A DNA stretch of 64,000 nt from a virus: positions 64,001 to 128,000 of the IMG/VR virus record IMGVR_UViG_3300025450_000015. One strand, written 5' to 3'. Of the stretch, positions 58,350 through 64,000 are shown piece after piece. The translations under genes and the position numbers were made by a program. Position 1 is the first letter of the stretch. Every line of letters starts with the position of its first letter. Below the pieces are notes generated by a model. The model was not told where the DNA came from, ran no database searches, and was given only the letters and a program-made list of their open reading frames with translations.

Positions 58350-60584
58350 ATGGACACAAATCTGAATAAAATAGCCAAGGACTTGTATGGAAAGATTGAA
58401 ACACGCTTTCCAGACATTAAAATTGGCGATGAAAATGCTGAAGTTTTAAGTAGAAAAGGCGATATTCCCAGAGCACGTTTTTTTGAATTTGAATACGAAG
58501 ACCGTGGTGTTAAACTTGGTAACGTAACAATTACATTGGACAGAGAAGACGGAGTAGTTGTACAAATTAGTGGAAGCCTAGCTGAAAAAAAACATCCAGG
58601 AGTTTTTAAATTTATTCGCGGATTAAGATCATTTGCCAAGGACAGACTATTAAATTTTGATATTCAAAACATAAACAAAGATCAATTAGACAAAAGAGAT
58701 TATGAGTTCCAAGCGAAACCCAAGGAAGAATTTACCATGATGGAAAGTAAAATGTACGGTACTGCTAAGATCAGTTACCAAGACCTCGGAGAGGCAAGAC
58801 TGGTAGTTAAACACAGTCAGCCAGTTAATACCGACCTAGCCGCAGGACGTACAATGCATATTGAATCTATCTATGTTGAGAATGCAGATGGTGAACGTTT
58901 TAAATATCCGTTTAAACATCTTGCAGGTGCCCGTGCTCTTGCAGAACATTTAAAACATGGCGGTATCCCTTATGATAGTATTGGTAAACATATTACAAGT
59001 TTATCAGAAGAGCTAGCACAATTACGCAAGTTTAAAGGTTATGTTGGTCGTAACGAAGCATTAAGTGAGGCAATGGGCGACATCACTAGTAAAGTTATGG
59101 AACGCATTGATTCTGTCAAAAAAGAAATTCAACAATTAAGCCGTACATCATACTACGAAGCATTTGTAGAATCATTTGAAGATCATGAAGAACAAATGAT
59201 TCCAGAGGCAGTAATGGATGATTGGATCGATAGATTAACTATCCGCACATTCAACGAAGAACTACGTACAGCATTTCCATACATCTTTAAACTAGTAAGT
59301 GAAAATGATATTCCTGTTAAAGAATTAACACCAGACGATTTATTAGACGAAGCAGGAAATCCTGTACAAGCGGCAATTGCAATTTCTAAAAAGGAATCAG
59401 GCAAATACAATAAAGAAGGTAAACGAATCAAAGAATCCCCAGAAGATCAATTCGAATCATTCATGAATCAACTTGTTGCTGAAGATGAAACAACACAACA
59501 AGGTGTTAATACATTATTCAGTACAATTCCAGAAATAAGATCACAAGCAGTTAAAAATTTAAAAGATAAAATCAGTCAAGGACTAAAGCCAGGAACCGAT
59601 GGTGTTAACGCGGCACTTACTTTAAAAGGTATTATCGACAGTGACAAATTTACTGAAAATTATTTAAAAGGTTTATCAGATAACGACAATATCGTTACTG
59701 TGTTAAAACAATATGTAAAAGATGTTGCCAACAATGATCCTAAAGCTGTTACATCTGGAAAAAATCCAGGAGCACAGGACGCCGCAAGAGAACTATTGGC
59801 AAGTAAAGAATTAGATAATATGAGTTCAGACGCAAGCACTCCTCCAGACATGGGTGCAGAACCAGCGGCTCCAGCTCCAGGTGGCGAAACTCCACCCGCA
59901 CCTGACATGGGTGCAGAAACTCCTCCGGCTCCAGGCGGTGAAACTCCTCCTCCGGCTCCAGGCGGTGAAACTCCACCCGCACCCGTAGCAGAAAGTGGAT
60001 TGCAAGCATATCTTGGTAATAAAAAATATGGCAAAGACGGTATGGATCAATTACGTCAGGCTGGGCGTGATCATGTTGGTTCAGACAAAATTGCCAAACT
60101 AAAAGCCAAATTAATCAAGGCAAGAGAAAGTGGTGCAGAGTTACATGACAAAGTAGATTTTGGTCATAAAGAAATGACATTGCATGACTGTATGAAACAG
60201 TTTAAGATTAATCCAATGGAGTGCGGATTCAAGTCTCCTACTATGAGTAGTTCAGTATCAGATGGTAGTAAATCACCAGGCGAGATGGAAATAGAAAGCA
60301 GTATTAGTGGATTCTGGAATAAAGACGCTCCAATGCACGAAGGAAATTTTACCATCGGGCCTACAAGAGTAATTACAAAAATTCTTAAAAGTTATAACAA
60401 CGGCGAATATCGTCATGCTAAACCGCATGATGTAAAAAAAGTTATTGCTAGAGTTAAACAAATGGATCCACCAAGTAGTGTTAAAGGTATAGAACATAAA
60501 CCTAATGCACACCCAACTAACATGCCATATTCAGTAGCAGAATCGGACGAACTGGCAAGAATTAAAAAATTGATAGGAATGTAA
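58350..60584 (+). CDS. Hypothetical head-associated protein with Pro-rich linker
   Basis: 744 aa; globular-looking N-terminal half (GERFKYPF..LAGARA.A.H), GGETPPAP repeats, and C-terminal ESDELARIKKLIGM. Confidence 0.6.
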   Translation: MDTNLNKIAKDLYGKIETRFPDIKIGDENAEVLSRKGDIPRARFFEFEYEDRGVKLGNVTITLDREDGVVVQISGSLAEKKHPGVFKFIRGLRSFAKDRLLNFDIQNINKDQLDKRDYEFQAKPKEEFTMMESKMYGTAKISYQDLGEARLVVKHSQPVNTDLAAGRTMHIESIYVENADGERFKYPFKHLAGARALAEHLKHGGIPYDSIGKHITSLSEELAQLRKFKGYVGRNEALSEAMGDITSKVMERIDSVKKEIQQLSRTSYYEAFVESFEDHEEQMIPEAVMDDWIDRLTIRTFNEELRTAFPYIFKLVSENDIPVKELTPDDLLDEAGNPVQAAIAISKKESGKYNKEGKRIKESPEDQFESFMNQLVAEDETTQQGVNTLFSTIPEIRSQAVKNLKDKISQGLKPGTDGVNAALTLKGIIDSDKFTENYLKGLSDNDNIVTVLKQYVKDVANNDPKAVTSGKNPGAQDAARELLASKELDNMSSDASTPPDMGAEPAAPAPGGETPPAPDMGAETPPAPGGETPPPAPGGETPPAPVAESGLQAYLGNKKYGKDGMDQLRQAGRDHVGSDKIAKLKAKLIKARESGAELHDKVDFGHKEMTLHDCMKQFKINPMECGFKSPTMSSSVSDGSKSPGEMEIESSISGFWNKDAPMHEGNFTIGPTRVITKILKSYNNGEYRHAKPHDVKKVIARVKQMDPPSSVKGIEHKPNAHPTNMPYSVAESDELARIKKLIGM
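59838..59985 (+). repeat. Coding repeats (TPPDMGAE / GGETPP(P)AP)
   Basis: Repeated CCTCCGGCTCCAGGCGGTGAAACTCC and GACATGGGTGCAGAA units. Confidence 0.85.
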
Positions 60585-60585
60585 C

Positions 60586-61245
60586 ATGAAAAAAATCACA
60601 GAACAACAATTAATCGAATCAGCCCGTAATCTACAAGCTAGATTGAAAGAAGGCGATGGTCCAGGAATCGTTTCAAAATATTTGGCGCATCCTGTAAAGA
60701 CTGTAGGATCTTGGTTTGGCGCGAACGATTATAGAAATGAAGACCGCAACGATCCTAATGGTAATGAAGGTCAAAAGGTTACAGTCGGGGATGCCAAAAT
60801 GTGGGGAAAACTAGGATGGCTCGGTGGTAACGGACAAACTGGAGCTATTAAAAATGCAGGAGAATGGTATACTACGCCTGATAACAAGCTAGTTCCTAGT
60901 GAAAACACTAATCTTGTATTAAACTTAGAAAGATTAGGAGTAAAATCACAAGGCAGAGATCCTAAAACAACTATTGATCCAAATAATTACAATGCAGGTT
61001 CTCCGACCACCCAAGCTGGTACTTATGATCCCGATACCGGAGTAGTAACTAGTGGATCTAATCAGACTAACAGCAGTGGCCAATATGTCGATGCTACTAA
61101 TAGTAAACCACAGACACAGCAAACTCAAAATCAGTCAAGCGGACAAACACAGAACCAATCAAATGGCCCAAAAGAAGGTGATCGAAAACAATCAAAAAGT
61201 GGTAAGGACATAATTTTTAGAAATGGTGCTTGGGAGTACTTATAA
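60586..61245 (+). CDS. Hypothetical, probable internal head protein
   Basis: N-terminal KITEQQLIES, a Gln/Asn/Thr-rich linker and C-terminal KEGDRKQSKSGKDIIFRNGAWEYL. Confidence 0.55.
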   Translation: MKKITEQQLIESARNLQARLKEGDGPGIVSKYLAHPVKTVGSWFGANDYRNEDRNDPNGNEGQKVTVGDAKMWGKLGWLGGNGQTGAIKNAGEWYTTPDNKLVPSENTNLVLNLERLGVKSQGRDPKTTIDPNNYNAGSPTTQAGTYDPDTGVVTSGSNQTNSSGQYVDATNSKPQTQQTQNQSSGQTQNQSNGPKEGDRKQSKSGKDIIFRNGAWEYL

Positions 61246-62303
61246 TGAGACAATGGATTGATTTACTGATAGAAGGTACAAAAGTACCAGCTGATGATTT
61301 ACCAGATAGCGGCACTCAATCGTCTAGTAAGAGAGTACCAGCTGATGATTTACCAGATAGCGGCACTCAATCGTCTAGTAATAGAGTACCAGCTGATGAT
61401 GCACCTTCTGGAGGCAATCAATCATCAACAAATACTGCTCCAAAGAAAAAAACTGGTCCAAAAAATCCTAATGTTAAGGCTCTACAAGATGAAATCGTCA
61501 AAGCTAGCGGCGATAACAAGATTTTTCCAAAGTATGGTGCAGACGGTATATGGGGAAATGAAACTGCTGGTGTAGTATTCAGCGATCCGAAATATATAGA
61601 AATTGCTAAAAAATATGCTGATACAATTCCTCAAGTTAAAAGTATTATGGATGCCAAGGGTGTTGCACAGGATATCGGAAAACGAACACAGGATAGTAGT
61701 GACCAATTAAACAAGCAATTTCCTAATTCATCAGCCCAGGCGGCAACTACAGGACAATCTAATTCATCAGCCCAAGCGGCAAACGCAACACCTGAACCTG
61801 TAGTTGATCAGGATGCTGGTGCAAAAGAAACTGCTAAAAAATTCGTTGATAACACTACAGCTCCGGCATATATTGACAGCAAAGATGGTATGATCAAGTA
61901 TATGGATTCATCTAGTAAACAACCTAAAATTATGCCAAGCGATTGGATTCCACAGTATGCCCCAGAATTAGATAAGGCTTTGAAAGATTTAAAAGCAGGA
62001 ACACCACAGACAACTAAATTTTTATGGTGGAACGTCAATAATGGGACAAAAGTTGATATCCGTGCGTTAGATGCATTAAGTCCTAATGCTAGTAATGGTA
62101 CTGGATTGAAGATGCCAAATACTAATACAATGAGTCTTGGACAGCAAACTCCATCGGCCGCTGATAATTCAAACGCAACTCAGCCTAATCCGTATAGTCT
62201 AGTTCCACCTAAACCGCAACTCAATCCACTCACAAAAGATGTACAAGAGTCAGTTGGATTTGACGAATTACAACGTTTGGTAAGTTTAGTACATCACAGA
62301 TAA
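61245..62303 (+). CDS. Protein with peptidoglycan-binding-like motif and N-terminal repeats (start likely 61245)
   Basis: TAATG coupling; VKALQ...YGADGIWGNET matches the PG_binding_1 pattern; C-terminal ESVGFDELQRLVSL. Confidence 0.6.
   Translation: MRQWIDLLIEGTKVPADDLPDSGTQSSSKRVPADDLPDSGTQSSSNRVPADDAPSGGNQSSTNTAPKKKTGPKNPNVKALQDEIVKASGDNKIFPKYGADGIWGNETAGVVFSDPKYIEIAKKYADTIPQVKSIMDAKGVAQDIGKRTQDSSDQLNKQFPNSSAQAATTGQSNSSAQAANATPEPVVDQDAGAKETAKKFVDNTTAPAYIDSKDGMIKYMDSSSKQPKIMPSDWIPQYAPELDKALKDLKAGTPQTTKFLWWNVNNGTKVDIRALDALSPNASNGTGLKMPNTNTMSLGQQTPSAADNSNATQPNPYSLVPPKPQLNPLTKDVQESVGFDELQRLVSLVHHR
61283..61400 (+). repeat. 51-bp tandem duplication (about 2.3 copies; 17 aa VPADDLPDSGTQSSS[KN]R)
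   Basis: Near-identical units start at 61283 and 61334, with a partial third at 61385. Confidence 0.9.
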
Positions 62304-62340
62304 TTCGAGTAAAATACTCATATTTCCAGCAAGATTTCAC

Positions 62341-62386
62341 TTGCAAACATAAATAAAAGTGCGTATACTTATGTATATGCACTTTT
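62341..62386 (+). promoter_or_regulatory. Sigma70-type promoter, TAAATA and inverted repeat upstream of the SSB gene
   Basis: TTGCAA-N17-TATACT (62341-62369); TAAATA at 62350-62355; AAAAGTGCGTATAC/GTATATGCACTTTT palindrome at 62355-62386. Confidence 0.65.
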
Positions 62387-62457
62387 TGTTTTATCAGGGT
62401 TGGTAAAACAATAATAGGCACATAAAAAAGCAAACAGGCTAACAATAGGAGAATATT

Positions 62458-63444
62458 ATGGCAACTTTAGCTGAAATTAGAGCAAAATTAAAATCATCTG
62501 AACAAAAAGGTTCAGGAGAACGTACAGGCGGAGATAAATCAATTTATCCGTTTTGGAATCTCAAAGAAGGCGGCGAATCTACACTTAGATTCCTACCAGA
62601 CGGCAACACAGATAACACATTTTTCTGGGTTGAACGTGCAATGATCAAACTTCCCTTTGCAGGTATCAAAGGCGAATCTGAAAGCAAAAACATCACAGTA
62701 CAAGTACCATGCGTTGAAATGTATGGCGACACTTGCCCAATCCTTACAGAAGTACGTGGTTGGTTCAAAGACCCAGCATTAGAAGACATGGGTCGTAAAT
62801 ACTGGAAGAAACGCAGTTATATTTTCCAAGGTTTTGTTGTTGAAGACGGACTAGGTGAAAAAGCTGAAGATCAACCAGAAAATCCAATTCGCCGTTTCAT
62901 TATCGGTCCACAGATTTTCCAATCAATTCGTGCGGCACTTGTCGATCCAGAGTTGGAAGATTTGCCAACTGACTACGTGCATGGCTTAGACTATCGCATG
63001 AAGAAAACAAGCAAGGGCGGATACGCTGACTACTCAACTTCTAGTTGGGCACGTCGTGAGCGTCCACTAAGCGATGCTGAAACTGCGGCCAAAGATAAAT
63101 TTGGATTATTTAACTTGACAGACTTCTTGCCTAAGAAACCAGGCGAAGTTGAATTGAAAGTTATGAAGGAAATGTTTGAAGCATCAGTTGACGGCGAGCC
63201 ATATGATATGGATCGTTGGGGTCAATATTTCAAACCAGCCGGTATGAGCCAAAATACTGGTGATCCTAACAAGGCAACTCCTAAAGCATCGGCTCCAGTA
63301 GCAGATGACATCGATGATGAAGAAACACCAGCTCCAGTGGCTAAGGCAGCACCTGCTCCTAAAGCTGAAGCTAGCTCAGATGCCGGCGGCGATTCACGTG
63401 CCCAAGACATCTTGGCAATGATTCGCAATCGTCAAAAGCAATAA
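62458..63444 (+). CDS. Single-stranded DNA-binding protein (T4 gp32-like)
   Basis: LRFLPD, CPI, KYWKKRSY, G.DY.+KK..KGGYADY..S, acidic Ala/Pro tail; directly before the recombinase gene. Confidence 0.92.
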   Translation: MATLAEIRAKLKSSEQKGSGERTGGDKSIYPFWNLKEGGESTLRFLPDGNTDNTFFWVERAMIKLPFAGIKGESESKNITVQVPCVEMYGDTCPILTEVRGWFKDPALEDMGRKYWKKRSYIFQGFVVEDGLGEKAEDQPENPIRRFIIGPQIFQSIRAALVDPELEDLPTDYVHGLDYRMKKTSKGGYADYSTSSWARRERPLSDAETAAKDKFGLFNLTDFLPKKPGEVELKVMKEMFEASVDGEPYDMDRWGQYFKPAGMSQNTGDPNKATPKASAPVADDIDDEETPAPVAKAAPAPKAEASSDAGGDSRAQDILAMIRNRQKQ

Positions 63445-63450
63445 ACACTT

Positions 63451-63496
63451 GGCTTGGGCCTCTGCAACCTAGTTGTACGCCCTAGTTATCTTTTTT
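63451..63496 (+). terminator. Imperfect hairpin plus U-tract between SSB and recombinase genes (attenuator-like)
   Basis: GGGC...TGCAAC-CTA-GTTGTA...GCCC followed by TCTTTTTT, just before SD AGGAG. Confidence 0.45.
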
Positions 63497-63510
63497 AGGA
63501 GAATTAACTT

Positions 63511-64000
63511 ATGGCTACAAAAGCCTTCGATCTATCGAAATTTAGAAAGACCTTGACCAAGAGTATCGATGGTCTTGGCGTTGGGTTTAACGACCCGACA
63601 GACTGGATTAGTACAGGCAATTATACGCTTAACTATCTAATTAGTGGCGATTTCCATCGAGGAGTTCCACTGGGTAAAGTTACTGTATTTGCTGGCGAGT
63701 CCGGTGCTGGTAAGAGTTTTATCTGTTCAGGTAATCTTATCCGTAATGCACAAAAAGATGGTATCTACGTTATTTTGATTGATAGCGAAAACGCACTTGA
63801 TGAAAAGTGGTTACACGATTTAGGTGTTGATACATCAGAAGAAAAACTTCTTAAACTCAACATGGCAATGATCGACGATGTTGCCAAAACTATCAATGAG
63901 TTTTGTAAAGAATACAAGGAAATGACTGACCGTCCGAAGGTCCTCTTTGTCATAGACAGCCTTGGTATGTTACTAACTCCAACTGACGTTAATCAGTTTG
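63511..64000 (+). CDS. uvsX: RecA/UvsX-like recombinase (truncated by window end; absent from ORF track)
   Basis: Manual translation from ATG 63511: MATKAFDLSKFRK...WISTGNYTLNYLISG...GKVTVFAGESGAGKS (Walker A)...IDSENALD...VIDSLG (Walker B). Confidence 0.92.
   Translation, partial: MATKAFDLSKFRKTLTKSIDGLGVGFNDPTDWISTGNYTLNYLISGDFHRGVPLGKVTVFAGESGAGKSFICSGNLIRNAQKDGIYVILIDSENALDEKWLHDLGVDTSEEKLLKLNMAMIDDVAKTINEFCKEYKEMTDRPKVLFVIDSLGMLLTPTDVNQF

Noticed and set aside
61283-61400. Direct repeats as a possible mini-CRISPR array
   Set aside because: The 51-bp units are contiguous with no unique spacers, stay in frame within a CDS, and no cas genes are present.
142-63953. Numerous short antisense or off-frame ORFs in the track (e.g. 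222-485, 8615-8818, 8897-9133, 10548-11009, 33522-34181, 63765-63953)
   Set aside because: They lie wholly inside well-supported genes and reflect codon bias. The Cys-rich antisense ORFs arise from ACA/GCA codons and are not real Cys-rich peptides.
1-64000. Stop-codon reassignment, as seen in some large phages
   Set aside because: Standard-code ORFs tile the window densely and conserved genes are intact. Stops are almost all TAA, so recoding elsewhere in the genome cannot be excluded, but nothing here requires it.
1-64000. tRNA or rRNA genes, and a portal gene
   Set aside because: No intergenic space shows a cloverleaf or T-loop signature, and no ORF shows recognisable gp20 portal motifs; the portal probably lies outside the window.

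Overview
This window is the virion-morphogenesis region of a large, AT-rich, distantly T4-like contractile-tailed dsDNA phage. In order it holds: a head module (acidic core protein, gp21-like protease, scaffold, gp23-like capsid); about 34 kb of Thr/Gly/Ser-rich tail, fibre and baseplate genes, including two giant paralogues (2845 and 4890 aa) and a fibre with an S74 intramolecular chaperone; a four-gene enzymatic cassette; NUDIX; gp15/gp14/gp13-like neck genes; dNMP kinase; an HNH-like gene; sheath, tube and tube-like genes; a gp4-like nuclease; both terminase subunits; probable internal head proteins; gp32-like SSB; and the 5' part of a UvsX/RecA-like recombinase. The most notable element lies at 38953-43058, directly after the S74 fibre. 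It comprises a 133-aa protein with a fibre-tip-adhesin-like N-terminus and an Asn-Cys-rich tail (21 Cys, ending in (NC)7), a radical SAM/SPASM enzyme, an unknown protein with a possible Ig-like C-terminus, and an atypical flavin-dependent halogenase-family enzyme. I infer that this is a phage-encoded RiPP-like system that post-translationally modifies a virion receptor-binding protein. Also visible are a recurring TAAATA late-promoter-like motif (seven times 4-5 nt before an ATG with no Shine-Dalgarno sequence, suggesting leaderless late mRNAs), two structured RNA leaders, and shared capsid-targeting and C-terminal motifs among head proteins. All calls come from motif recognition and gene context; no database searches were run.
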